Source: Candidatus Arthromitus sp. SFB-mouse-Japan
GTDB taxonomy: Bacteria > Bacillota > Clostridia > Clostridiales > Clostridiaceae
NCBI RefSeq assembly: GCF_000270205.1
Contig: NC_015913.1
Coordinates: forward strand, 1,530,329 to 1,562,328
DNA: 32,000 bases
Direction: 5' to 3'
A model generated the notes under the pieces. That model worked only from the letters and a program-made list of their open reading frames with translations. It ran no database searches and was not told where the DNA came from. Position 1 is the stretch's first letter. The number at the start of each line of letters is the position of its first letter. A program made the translations under genes and the position numbers. This document shows, in pieces, positions 20,611-29,918 of this stretch.

Positions 20611-20652
20611 CCAATTAATATTCTTCATTAAATTAATATGAATATTAATTGG
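20611..20652 (-). promoter_or_regulatory. Inverted-repeat element overlapping the yabP ribosome-binding site
   Basis: 13-bp perfect arms CCAATTAATATTC ... GAATATTAATTGG; the arm nearest yabP overlaps the GGAGG. Function is unproven. Confidence 0.45.
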
Positions 20653-20671
20653 TAAGTATTACATTAATAAA

Positions 20672-20911
20672 TTATATAATTCTATACATTTTTTCAGCTT
20701 CATCCTTTCTTACATTTTCCTTTATATCTAAAATCTCTATCTTAAAATTATTATTTCCAAAAATTATTTCCAAAACATCACCAACATTAACCTTAGATGA
20801 TGGCTTTGATAATTTCCCATTTATTAAAACCTTATCTGAATCACATGCATCCTTTGCAACAGTCCTTCTCTTTATTATCCTAGTTACTTTTAAAAATTTA
20901 TCTAATCTCAT
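20672..20911 (-). CDS. rqcP: S4-domain RNA-binding protein (YabO/RqcP-like)
   Basis: MRLDKFLKVTRIIKRRTVAKDACDSDKVLINGKLSKPSSKVNVGDVLEI: S4 fold, syntenic with B. subtilis yabO. Confidence 0.88.
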   Translation of the reverse strand: MRLDKFLKVTRIIKRRTVAKDACDSDKVLINGKLSKPSSKVNVGDVLEIIFGNNNFKIEILDIKENVRKDEAEKMYRII

Positions 20912-20932
20912 ATTATCTCCTCCTATAAATAA

Positions 20933-20956
20933 AGATCCGAGAAAAAACTCGGATCT
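20933..20956 (-). terminator. Terminator downstream of the HU gene
   Basis: AGATCCGAG-tttttt-CTCGGATCT then TTATTTAT on the minus strand. Confidence 0.75.
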
Positions 20957-21232
20957 CTATTTATTAACTCTATCTTTGAATTCTTTACCTGCTTTAAATA
21001 CCGGAACCTTGGCTGCAGGAATCTTTATTGGTTCATTGTTTTGAGGATTTCTTCCTTCTCTCTCAGCTCTCTCCCTAATTTCGAAAGTTCCAAAGCCTAC
21101 TAATTGAACTTTGTCTGCATTTTCTAACGCTTCAAAAACACTCTTTATAAATGCATTTAGAGCAGCTTCAGCATCTTTTTTACTAAGTTCACTCTTCTGC
21201 GCTATACTAGCAACCAATTCAGCTTTATTCAA
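20957..21232 (-). CDS. HU family DNA-binding protein, TTG start
   Basis: LNKAELVASIAQKSELSKKDAEAALNAFI...GFGTFEIRERAEREGRNPQNNEPIKIPAAKVPVFKAGKEFKD. AAGGAGG-atatagga-TTG at 21232 gives the canonical 91-aa HU; the track start at 21274 adds 14 residues. Confidence 0.93.
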   Translation of the reverse strand: MNKAELVASIAQKSELSKKDAEAALNAFIKSVFEALENADKVQLVGFGTFEIRERAEREGRNPQNNEPIKIPAAKVPVFKAGKEFKDRVNK

Positions 21233-21397
21233 TCCTATATCCTCCTTAGATTGAGTTGTTAATTCGTTATACAATAAACTATAACTAATTAAAACTACTA
21301 TGTAATACTAAATTTATTTTTCTGTGTTAATGTTATCATAACTAAAAATATTATTCAACAACATTATTTCTAAGTATTATATTTCCATACTACACAC

Positions 21398-22933
21398 TTA
21401 TTTAATAGATGTAAATATACTACTTAACTCTCTCATTTTAAATAAAACAAGACTCAAAATGTATATAATACCTCCAATTATCCCACATATAAAAATACTT
21501 AACACTGTACTCCCAGACATCTTATAAAAATAATCAAATGATAATAATGCTATTATTATCATTAAAAGAGAAGAAAATAGAGGTGTTATTATTATATCCA
21601 ATATATTCAAATTTATATTTAATTTTTTCTTAATTGCACTAAAATTCAAATAACTTGTTAATATGTATGAAAATATTGTAGCTAAAACTGCACCATATAT
21701 ATTAAATTCAGAGTTTCCAGTTAAAATTAAGGTCACTATGACTTTAATAAAACACCCTATCAAAAGATTAATAACTGGTCTTATATAATTATTTGTACTT
21801 TGAAGTATAGATATTGATACTTGAGAAAAAATTATAAAGGGTATACTAACTGCTGCATATCTCAATATATTGTATCCATCTGTATTGTTTGGAAATATCA
21901 CATTCATTATAGGATATGCTAAAAAATACATAGATATAAAACAAGGAAATGCTATATAGCTTGACAATTTAAAACACATAATAACCTTATCTTTAAACTC
22001 TTCCATTTTATTTAAAACAAAAAGTCTAGATAACGTTGGTATCACAGATGTTCCTAAAGCAACCGCAAGTGCAAGAGGAACATTTATAATAACAGAAACC
22101 TTACCAGTTAACTGTCCATATAATACCGTGGCCTCTCTATTAGTATATCCAGCATTCAAAAGCATTTGAGGGACTAAAATCGAATCTATCAAAACCATTA
22201 TTGTTGATACTGTAGCCCCAAGAGATAATGGTATTGCTATTTTTAATATCTTACCTACATATTTCCTACCATTTATATTTTTTCTATTTATGCCATCAAA
22301 ATATTTTATACTAAATTTCAAATACATAATAACAATAAATACCGTTGCTATTATTCCACCTATTACAGCACCAAAAGATGCGCCTCCAGCTGCATAGTGT
22401 ATGCCCTTATATAAAAGCAGGTAAGCAAGCGATACTCCAACCACAACTCTTATAATTTGTTCAATTATTTGAGAAATCCCTGTTGGAACCATATTCTCCA
22501 TTCCCTGAAATACTCCCCGAAAAACACCCAAAAGACATACACTAATAGGTGCTATAGATATTCCAATGAAACAAAGATAAACCTTACTATCCCATTTGAG
22601 TAAATTTATTATCGGATTTGAAAATACTAACAAGATAATGCTTGTACCTACTCCTAAAAATATCATAATCCTAAGAGAAGCTTTTATTATACTTACTATA
22701 GATTCCTTATCTCCATATGCAGATCTCTCAGATACAAATTTTGAAACAGCAATAGGCATTCCTGACACAATACCAATAAAAAACATGTATAATGGATATG
22801 TCATTTGATAGTACCCAATTCCTTCATCACCTATAAGCATAACAAGAGGCCATCTGAAAAATATCCCCAAAAATTTTGCAATTATACTGCTTACACTAAG
22901 TATAAGTGTTCCTTTTATTATCTTATTTTTCAT
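21398..22933 (-). CDS. MATE/MVF-type polysaccharide flippase (SpoVB/YabM family)
   Basis: About 14 TM segments. KGTLILSVSSIIAKFLGIFFRWPLVMLIGDEGIGYYQMTYPLYMFFIG...GIPIAVSKFVSE. Adjacent to spoVT. GGGGG precedes the ATG at 22933. Confidence 0.87.
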   Translation of the reverse strand: MKNKIIKGTLILSVSSIIAKFLGIFFRWPLVMLIGDEGIGYYQMTYPLYMFFIGIVSGMPIAVSKFVSERSAYGDKESIVSIIKASLRIMIFLGVGTSIILLVFSNPIINLLKWDSKVYLCFIGISIAPISVCLLGVFRGVFQGMENMVPTGISQIIEQIIRVVVGVSLAYLLLYKGIHYAAGGASFGAVIGGIIATVFIVIMYLKFSIKYFDGINRKNINGRKYVGKILKIAIPLSLGATVSTIMVLIDSILVPQMLLNAGYTNREATVLYGQLTGKVSVIINVPLALAVALGTSVIPTLSRLFVLNKMEEFKDKVIMCFKLSSYIAFPCFISMYFLAYPIMNVIFPNNTDGYNILRYAAVSIPFIIFSQVSISILQSTNNYIRPVINLLIGCFIKVIVTLILTGNSEFNIYGAVLATIFSYILTSYLNFSAIKKKLNINLNILDIIITPLFSSLLMIIIALLSFDYFYKMSGSTVLSIFICGIIGGIIYILSLVLFKMRELSSIFTSIK

Positions 22934-23013
22934 AAATCCCCCAAACAATAAATGATAATACACTTAATTATTATTTAATAATATAAAAAATATTACTAAA
23001 TAAAAAAATTAAA

Positions 23014-23033
23014 AAGCTATGAAATCATAGCTT
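23014..23033 (-). terminator. Terminator downstream of spoVT
   Basis: AAGCTATGA-tt-TCATAGCTT then TTTAATTTTTTTA on the minus strand. Confidence 0.8.
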
Positions 23034-23048
23034 CTCAATATGTAAAAT

Positions 23049-23597
23049 TTATTCCATTTGCTTCCCTAAAAATGATGCAGCTGTTTCAGCAAGCTTTTGC
23101 TCAACTATCCCAAGCTTATCGTCACCCTCTTTTGATAATATTATTACAGAACCTATTGTATCTCCTTCTGCAACAATTGGTGAAATTATTTGAGAAGAGT
23201 ATTTATTCTCTAAATTCTCATCAATGCATAATGGTAAAAATTCTTCTTGATTTGTTATACACAACGTTTTTCTATTCTCTAATACTTTCTCAAGCTCCGG
23301 ACTTATTTTCTTATCTAAATACTCTTTTTTAGATATACCACAAACCGATATGAATTCATCTTTATCAGAAATTAAAACTATATTACCTATGGCCTGTTGA
23401 AGTGACTCTGCATATTCTTTTGAAAAATCACTCAATTCTTCTATTGGAGAGTACTTCTTTAATATAACCCCACCATCTCTATCAGTAAATATTTCGAGTG
23501 GGTCACCCTCTCTTATTCTTAGAGTCTTTCTTATTTCTTTAGGTATTACAACTCTCCCTAAATCATCTATTCTTCTAACAATTCCAGTTGCTTTCAT
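23049..23597 (-). CDS. spoVT: Stage V sporulation protein T (AbrB-GAF regulator)
   Basis: MKATGIVRRIDDLGRVVIPKEIRKTLRIREGDPLEIFTDRDGGVILKKYSPI, followed by a GAF-like C-terminus. Confidence 0.95.
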   Translation of the reverse strand: MKATGIVRRIDDLGRVVIPKEIRKTLRIREGDPLEIFTDRDGGVILKKYSPIEELSDFSKEYAESLQQAIGNIVLISDKDEFISVCGISKKEYLDKKISPELEKVLENRKTLCITNQEEFLPLCIDENLENKYSSQIISPIVAEGDTIGSVIILSKEGDDKLGIVEQKLAETAASFLGKQME

Positions 23598-23682
23598 TAA
23601 TTCTTTTCCTCCTCAAATTCACAGATAACTTACTTGACATACTTATTATTTATCATTTCTGTTATTTTATACATAACATAGA

Positions 23683-23711
23683 AAAAAAGAGTAGTAATAC
23701 TACTCTTTTTT
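23683..23711 (-). terminator. Terminator overlapping the 3' end of the first foldase gene
   Basis: AAAAAAGAGTAGT-att-ACTACTCTTTTTT: 13-bp perfect stem, includes the TAG stop. Confidence 0.8.
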
Positions 23712-24689
23712 ACCAGTTATATTCTCTGTATATATCTTTACATCATATTTTTCCTTTACCTTTGTAAACAAAGAATTTATTGTTTCATTTATTTTATCAC
23801 TCTTTAATGTATCTTCTATATCTTTAGAAACTCTATCTAAATCTTGAGTCCATTCTTTAGAATTAATATTTTCAACTTTTATAATGTGATATCCAAATTG
23901 AGTCTTAACAGGTCCTCGAATTTCGCCTTCTTTCATATCCTTTACTTCATCCATAAACTCTTTTACAAGTTGTGAATTATCAAACTCTTGGTAACCTAAA
24001 TATCCATCAACATTAGCACTTCCATCTTGGCTATAAGTTCTTGCAAGTTTACCAAAATCTTCTCCATCATTTAGTTTTTCTAATACAGTATTAGCAGTGT
24101 CTTCATCTGCTACAAATATATGGTATACATCTGCCCCTGGACCCTTTACAAATTTAGTCTTATTGTCATTATAATACTGTTTTATTTCACTTGATGATAT
24201 TTTCAAATTATCAGTCTCTTTATTTATAAGTTCTTCTATAATAAGTGATATTTTAAGCTTATTTTTATAATCTTCTTCATCTTTAAATCTACTATTTATT
24301 ATAGCCGTTTCAAATGCCTCATCACTTCCGAAAATGCTCTTCATATTTTCAAATTCTTCGTCTACTTTCTCTTGTATCTCAGCATCATCAACTAATGATT
24401 CATCCTTTGCATATTGAACTAATGCTTTTTGTTCTACATACTGTTCAACTAAATCTAAATATACATTTTTAAAATCTTCAGATTCCTTATAATTTTCTCC
24501 ATATTGAGTTATAAATCCATTTTTAAGCCCACTATAGTATTCATCTACTTCTGTTTTGGTAATATCCTCTTTCTTTATTCTTGCAACAATATTTTCATCT
24601 TTCGGTGTACCCCCACCAATACAAGAATATAAAAAACATATTGTTACTATTGGAGCTAAAACTAATGATGTAATCTTTCTAAATTTCAT
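23700..24689 (-). CDS. Parvulin-type peptidylprolyl isomerase lipoprotein (PrsA/SurA-like)
   Basis: Lipobox FLYSC, SurA_N-like helical region, rotamase domain VYHIFVADEDTANTVLEKLNDGEDFGKLARTYSQDGSANVDGYLGYQE...GEIRGPVKTQFGYHIIKV. Confidence 0.9.
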   Translation of the reverse strand: MKFRKITSLVLAPIVTICFLYSCIGGGTPKDENIVARIKKEDITKTEVDEYYSGLKNGFITQYGENYKESEDFKNVYLDLVEQYVEQKALVQYAKDESLVDDAEIQEKVDEEFENMKSIFGSDEAFETAIINSRFKDEEDYKNKLKISLIIEELINKETDNLKISSSEIKQYYNDNKTKFVKGPGADVYHIFVADEDTANTVLEKLNDGEDFGKLARTYSQDGSANVDGYLGYQEFDNSQLVKEFMDEVKDMKEGEIRGPVKTQFGYHIIKVENINSKEWTQDLDRVSKDIEDTLKSDKINETINSLFTKVKEKYDVKIYTENITGKKE

Positions 24690-24725
24690 ATTATAATTCC
24701 TCCTAAGATTATCGAAGCATTAAGA

Positions 24726-25745
24726 TTATTTTACCTTAAGTTTCTTCTCTTTAAATAAATTCTCAGAAAACTCAGTAACAGCCTTATTCTTTTTCTCATA
24801 TAATAACGTCTCTTCTATTTCAGATTTCACAGATTCAAAATCAGTATATTGATCCTCAGTTCTAACATCTGTAACTTTTATTATATGATAACCAAACTGA
24901 GTTTTAACAGGGTCTGATATTTCACCCTCTTTTAAATTCTTTGCGCCAGCTAAAAAATCAGCATCATAATTAGTATTATCATACTCAACAAATCCTAAAC
25001 TTCCACCTGTTTGACTAGTTGCATCCTTGTTTAATTCTTTTGCTATATCTTCATATTTCTCTCCATTATTAAGTCTTTCTTTAACTTTTAGTGCCTCTTC
25101 TTCTGTGTCAACTAAAATATGATACATAATAGCTCCAGGACGTGTTATGTATTTAGTATCTTTATTATCTTCATAATATTTATTTAATTCCTCTTCAGTG
25201 ACACTAACATCCTTTATAAGATCATCAACTAAAGCATTTATCTTTATTATGTCCCTCTGTTTATTTTTATAATCTTCCTCATCTACATAAAAAGCTTCAT
25301 TCAATGCTTTATTAAATCGTTCTTGATCTATTTTATGACCGTGCCCATCATCCACACCATTCTCTTCATCTATAAATAAATCCTTAACTGCGTGTAATGA
25401 CTCCTCTACCTTATTATTTATCTCTTCTTCAGAGATAAGCCCTCTTTTATCAAACTCTTCTATTAAAATAGAATTTTGAGAATAATTCTCTGCAAAAGCT
25501 TTCAATTGATCATTCAAATATCCAGCATCATTTTTATAATTTTCTCCATATCTTTGAACTAAAGCATTATGAAATCCTGCAAAGTAATCCTCAACCTCCC
25601 CTCTAGTTATCTTTCTCCCTTCATAAGTTGCCAAAACTTCCTTTCTTATAGCCTCTTCTGTTTTTTCAATAGTACTACAAGAAGAAACTGTAAAAAGAAT
25701 CGATAATGATATACAAACCCTACTTAATATTTTGTTAAATTTCAT
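24726..25745 (-). CDS. Parvulin-type peptidylprolyl isomerase lipoprotein, tandem paralog with acidic/His insertion
   Basis: Lipobox VSSC, rotamase domain AMIYHILVDTEEEALKVKERLNNGEKYEDIAKELNKDATSQTGGSLGFVEY...GEISDPVKTQFGYHIIKV. Confidence 0.9.
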   Translation of the reverse strand: MKFNKILSRVCISLSILFTVSSCSTIEKTEEAIRKEVLATYEGRKITRGEVEDYFAGFHNALVQRYGENYKNDAGYLNDQLKAFAENYSQNSILIEEFDKRGLISEEEINNKVEESLHAVKDLFIDEENGVDDGHGHKIDQERFNKALNEAFYVDEEDYKNKQRDIIKINALVDDLIKDVSVTEEELNKYYEDNKDTKYITRPGAIMYHILVDTEEEALKVKERLNNGEKYEDIAKELNKDATSQTGGSLGFVEYDNTNYDADFLAGAKNLKEGEISDPVKTQFGYHIIKVTDVRTEDQYTDFESVKSEIEETLLYEKKNKAVTEFSENLFKEKKLKVK

Positions 25746-25773
25746 TTTAAAATATCCTCCCAGTTATTAAGCT

Positions 25774-28700
25774 TTATTGTTTTTTAACATCTTTTATTAA
25801 ATTTTCTAACAATTTTATAAATTCATCAATCATAACACTCTTATCGTCACAATCAATTTTATAATAAAAACAAGGCTTATCACCCAAATTAAATGTTACC
25901 TTACCTTGATAATTATTACATATATAATTAAATCCATAATCATCTAAAAAATCTTTGCTCTTATACTCAAATAAAATCTTATCGCCTATTTCTTTTATTT
26001 GAGAAAAACCCAATTTCTTCCCTAGAGCTCTTATATATGATATCTTTATTAAATTATCGATCTCAAAAGGTATTACAGAAAACCTATCCATAAGTTCCTC
26101 TTTTATATATGATATATCCTTTTTATCCTCAATACACGATATTTTTTTATATATTTCAAGTTTTTGCATTTCATCTTCTATGTAATTATCTTTTATATAG
26201 ACATCAATCTTTATATCAACAACTGTATTTACTTCTACACAAGTAACTTCTCCCTGAAGCATCTTTATAGCATCCTCAAGCATCTTACAATAAAGATCAT
26301 ACCCAACAACACTCATTTGGCCATGTTGAGACTCACCAATTAAATTCCCAGATCCCCTAATTTCCAAATCTTTCATTGCTACTTTAAACCCAGATCCAAG
26401 TTCTGTAAAATCCTTGAGCGTCTTTAATCTCTTCTCTGCAACTTCACTTAAAACTCTATCTTTTTTATAAGTTAGATATGCATATGCTACTTTATTACTT
26501 CTACCAACTCTACCTCTTAGTTGATATAACTGAGATAAACCAAATTTATCTGCATTATGTATAATTATAGTATTAGCATTTTTTATATCAATCCCTGTTT
26601 CAATTATAGTTGTACAGACAAGAAAATCTATATCCTTATTTAAAAATTTTATTAATATATCTTCTATTTCTCTTTCGCCCATTTGACCATGAATAACAGA
26701 AAATCTACATTCAGGAACCAAATTTTGAAGATAAATATTCATTTTATCTATGTTTTCAACACTATTATACAAGAAAAATCCTTGTCCACATCGTGAAATT
26801 TCTTTCATAATAGCTCCTCTTACTAATTGATCACTATATTCAACAACAAAAGTTTGAACTGGGTATCTATCTTCGGGTGGAGTATCTATTACACTAATAT
26901 CGCGTACACCAACCATTGACATATGAAGTGTTCTAGGTATAGGTGTTGCACTTAAACTAAGAACATCAATACTCTCTTTCATCTCTTTTATCTTTTCTTT
27001 ATGTTTAACTCCAAACCTTTGTTCCTCATCTATAATTAAAAGTCCTAAATTTTTAAATTGAACATCTTTAGATAAAAGTCTATGGGTTCCTACAATTATA
27101 TCAATCTCTCCAAGTTTTAATTTAGATAATGTCTCCTTCTGCTGTTTAGTGGTTCTAAACCTACTTAAAACATCAACGTTAAATGGGAATCCTTCAAACC
27201 TCTTCTTTATATTATTATAATGCTGATCTGCAAGAATCGTTGTTGGTACTAAAAATACAACCTGTCTTTTATCAACTACAGCCTTAAACATTGCTCTAAG
27301 GGCAACCTCAGTTTTCCCATATCCAACGTCACCACATAGTAGTCTATCCATAGGTTTATCTGACTCCATATCCTTTTTAATATCTTCTATAGCCAATAAT
27401 TGATCTGGTGTTTCTACGTATGGGAATTCTTGCTCAAATTGAGACTGCCAAGTACTATCTTTAGAATAAGCATATCCCTTTAAAATATTTCTCTTAGCAT
27501 ACAATTTAACTAAATTATATGCAATTTCATCAATGGACCTCCTAGTTTTTGTCTTTATCTTAATCCATTCACTTCCACCTAATTTATTTACTTTAGGACT
27601 CTTACCTTCAATACCTATGTACTTTTGAACCAAATCAAGCTGTTCTATAGGAACATATAACTTATCTTTTTTATCATACTCTATATCTAAATAATCTCTC
27701 TCAATTCCCTGAAAATCTATCTTCTTAATTCCTTTATATACCCCAATTCCATGATTCACATGTACTATATAATCACCTGGTTTAAGATCATAAAAACTCC
27801 TTATTTTCGTCAATCCTTTTTTAGATGACGAGAAGCTCTTTCTCTGTTTTCTTTGTTGATCATAGCCAAAAATTTCCTGATCACATATAACATATAAACT
27901 AAAATCTGAAAAATCATATCCTTCATTTAAATATCCAAGAGATATAAAAACCTTACCATTACAAATATTGTTAATATCATTACATAAAGTAGACTCTATA
28001 CCATATTCAATCAATAATTCCTTTAATTTTTTACATCTAGGTTCAGATGAAGATAGTATTATAACGCAATAGTCTTCGCTAAGTTTATCCTTTATTTCAT
28101 TTAATATAACGCTTATTTTGCCATCCATTTTTATGATGTTCTTAGTTTTAAATTCAATAATAGTATCTTTATTATAATAATTAAATAAATTAAATGATAA
28201 ATTATTTATTTTATTAACCTTTGATATTAACTTATCTTTATCTATAAGAAGATTAATTTGATTTGGTAAAACCTCACCTCTCAAAAGAAGCATATCAAAA
28301 TTACTAATAAACCTATCATATACTATATCTAAGGTTTCCATACATTTTTTATACTCATCTAAAAGTACAACAGAGTTACTCATAAATTCAAAAAATTCAG
28401 AAAGATATTTATGTAAATAGGGTATTATAATATTGTATTCATCATAAAAATTACCCTCTCTTAATTTATCCAATATAAAATTAAACTTGGTGCTTAATTT
28501 TTCTTTCACCTCTAAATCATTTATCCCTGTTATATGTTCTCTAAAATCCTTCTCAAGATTTTCATAAAGCTTACTTTTCTCTTCATCATTTAAAATAAAT
28601 TCCTTACACTGTATGATTTTAATACTTTGAATAGATTCAATACTCATTTGAGTTGTCACATTAAAACTCTTTATATTATCTATTGTATCTCCAAAAAATT

Positions 28701-29283
28701 CGATTCTATAAGCACATGAGAAGTTTATAGGAAAAATGTCTATAATTCCACCTCTTACAGCATACTGTCCCTTCTGTTCAACCTTATATACTTTTTCATA
28801 TCCAATAGAAAATATATCATTTATAAACTTTTCAAATTCATACTCCATATTTATATAAATATCAATATCTAATTTAATAAACCTACTATTGTTACTCATA
28901 TATAATGAAATTAAGCTCTCTATAGAAGTGCATATTATCTTATTCTCAGTTGAACACACCTCTCTGAAAGCTATAATTCTATCAAATTTTAAATCACTTG
29001 AAAACGCCTCTATATTATAAAAAACATTTTCTCTTTCTTGAAAATACACGCAATTATCTGTATAAACTCTTATATTTTCATACATTTCTTTAGCCTCATA
29101 ATTGCTTGCTGATATTACAAAAATTTTCCTATTAATTTTTTCAAATATACCATAAATTATATTAGCCTTAGTGGAACCGACAAGTCCACATACATCAATA
29201 TTCTTATTATTTTCTATTGAAAATAATATATTTTGAAATTTTTCAGAATTAAAAATTCTATTATTAATTCCTTCTAGTTTCAT
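25774..29283 (-). CDS. mfd: Transcription-repair coupling factor
   Basis: 1169 aa. PGDYIVHVNHGIGVYKG RNAP-interaction domain, GDVGYGKTEVALRA, DEEQRFGVKHKE, SATPIPRT, GRVGRS, C-terminal TRCF domain. Confidence 0.97.
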   Translation of the reverse strand: MKLEGINNRIFNSEKFQNILFSIENNKNIDVCGLVGSTKANIIYGIFEKINRKIFVISASNYEAKEMYENIRVYTDNCVYFQERENVFYNIEAFSSDLKFDRIIAFREVCSTENKIICTSIESLISLYMSNNSRFIKLDIDIYINMEYEFEKFINDIFSIGYEKVYKVEQKGQYAVRGGIIDIFPINFSCAYRIEFFGDTIDNIKSFNVTTQMSIESIQSIKIIQCKEFILNDEEKSKLYENLEKDFREHITGINDLEVKEKLSTKFNFILDKLREGNFYDEYNIIIPYLHKYLSEFFEFMSNSVVLLDEYKKCMETLDIVYDRFISNFDMLLLRGEVLPNQINLLIDKDKLISKVNKINNLSFNLFNYYNKDTIIEFKTKNIIKMDGKISVILNEIKDKLSEDYCVIILSSSEPRCKKLKELLIEYGIESTLCNDINNICNGKVFISLGYLNEGYDFSDFSLYVICDQEIFGYDQQRKQRKSFSSSKKGLTKIRSFYDLKPGDYIVHVNHGIGVYKGIKKIDFQGIERDYLDIEYDKKDKLYVPIEQLDLVQKYIGIEGKSPKVNKLGGSEWIKIKTKTRRSIDEIAYNLVKLYAKRNILKGYAYSKDSTWQSQFEQEFPYVETPDQLLAIEDIKKDMESDKPMDRLLCGDVGYGKTEVALRAMFKAVVDKRQVVFLVPTTILADQHYNNIKKRFEGFPFNVDVLSRFRTTKQQKETLSKLKLGEIDIIVGTHRLLSKDVQFKNLGLLIIDEEQRFGVKHKEKIKEMKESIDVLSLSATPIPRTLHMSMVGVRDISVIDTPPEDRYPVQTFVVEYSDQLVRGAIMKEISRCGQGFFLYNSVENIDKMNIYLQNLVPECRFSVIHGQMGEREIEDILIKFLNKDIDFLVCTTIIETGIDIKNANTIIIHNADKFGLSQLYQLRGRVGRSNKVAYAYLTYKKDRVLSEVAEKRLKTLKDFTELGSGFKVAMKDLEIRGSGNLIGESQHGQMSVVGYDLYCKMLEDAIKMLQGEVTCVEVNTVVDIKIDVYIKDNYIEDEMQKLEIYKKISCIEDKKDISYIKEELMDRFSVIPFEIDNLIKISYIRALGKKLGFSQIKEIGDKILFEYKSKDFLDDYGFNYICNNYQGKVTFNLGDKPCFYYKIDCDDKSVMIDEFIKLLENLIKDVKKQ

Positions 29284-29300
29284 AAAACACCGCCCATTAC

Positions 29301-29855
29301 TTAATTGAACAAATTCATAGCCTCAACTAATTTTCCTTCTATAATCATTCTAATACAAGTAGATATATCTTCATATTTACTATCTAACATACGCATTTCA
29401 TCATATGTGAATTTAGACAACACATAATTAGATAAATCAATATTTTTATTTTCTCCAATTCCTATCTTTATCCTTTTAAATTTATCAGTATTTATCTTAT
29501 TAATTATATCTTTTATGCCATTATGACCACCATGAGATCCTCTCTGCTTAATTCTAATCTTTGATACATCTAAATATATATCATCATAAATAACAAGCAA
29601 ATCATCAATACTTATTTTAAAGTAATTAATAATTTCAAGCACAGCACTCCCACTTAAATTCATAAAAGTTTTTGGTTTCATACACATGATATTCTTACCT
29701 GAAATAATACCAGTACCATAATATGATGTATCATTTTCATTATCTAAACTAATATTAAGATCTTCACAAATTCTATCAAGCATAATAAATCCAACATTAT
29801 GTCGAGTATTATTATATCTACTTCCAATGTTACCAAGCCCAACAATTAAAAACAT
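29301..29855 (-). CDS. pth: Peptidyl-tRNA hydrolase
   Basis: LIVGLGNIGSRYNNTRHNVGF, MKPKTFMNLSG, DDIYLDVSKIRIKQRGSHGGHNGIKDI, RIKIGIGE. AGGAG before the ATG at 29855 favours this start. Confidence 0.95.
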   Translation of the reverse strand: MFLIVGLGNIGSRYNNTRHNVGFIMLDRICEDLNISLDNENDTSYYGTGIISGKNIMCMKPKTFMNLSGSAVLEIINYFKISIDDLLVIYDDIYLDVSKIRIKQRGSHGGHNGIKDIINKINTDKFKRIKIGIGENKNIDLSNYVLSKFTYDEMRMLDSKYEDISTCIRMIIEGKLVEAMNLFN

Positions 29856-29882
29856 TAAACTCCAACTCCTAAACATCAAAAT

Positions 29883-29918
29883 AAGAGTGCAACAAATAAT
29901 AAACTAAGTTGCACTCTT
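29883..29918 (-). terminator. Putative terminator of the HtrA-like gene
   Basis: AAGAGTGCAAC...GTTGCACTCTT, 11-bp perfect arms, 14-nt loop, includes the stop codon. The T tail is weak. Confidence 0.55.

Noticed and set aside
20379-23332. Plus-strand ORFs over yabP, rqcP, HU, the flippase and spoVT (70-131 aa)
   Set aside because: The 131-aa ORF (20649-21044) spans a terminator and two minus-strand genes; the rest are also antisense shadows.
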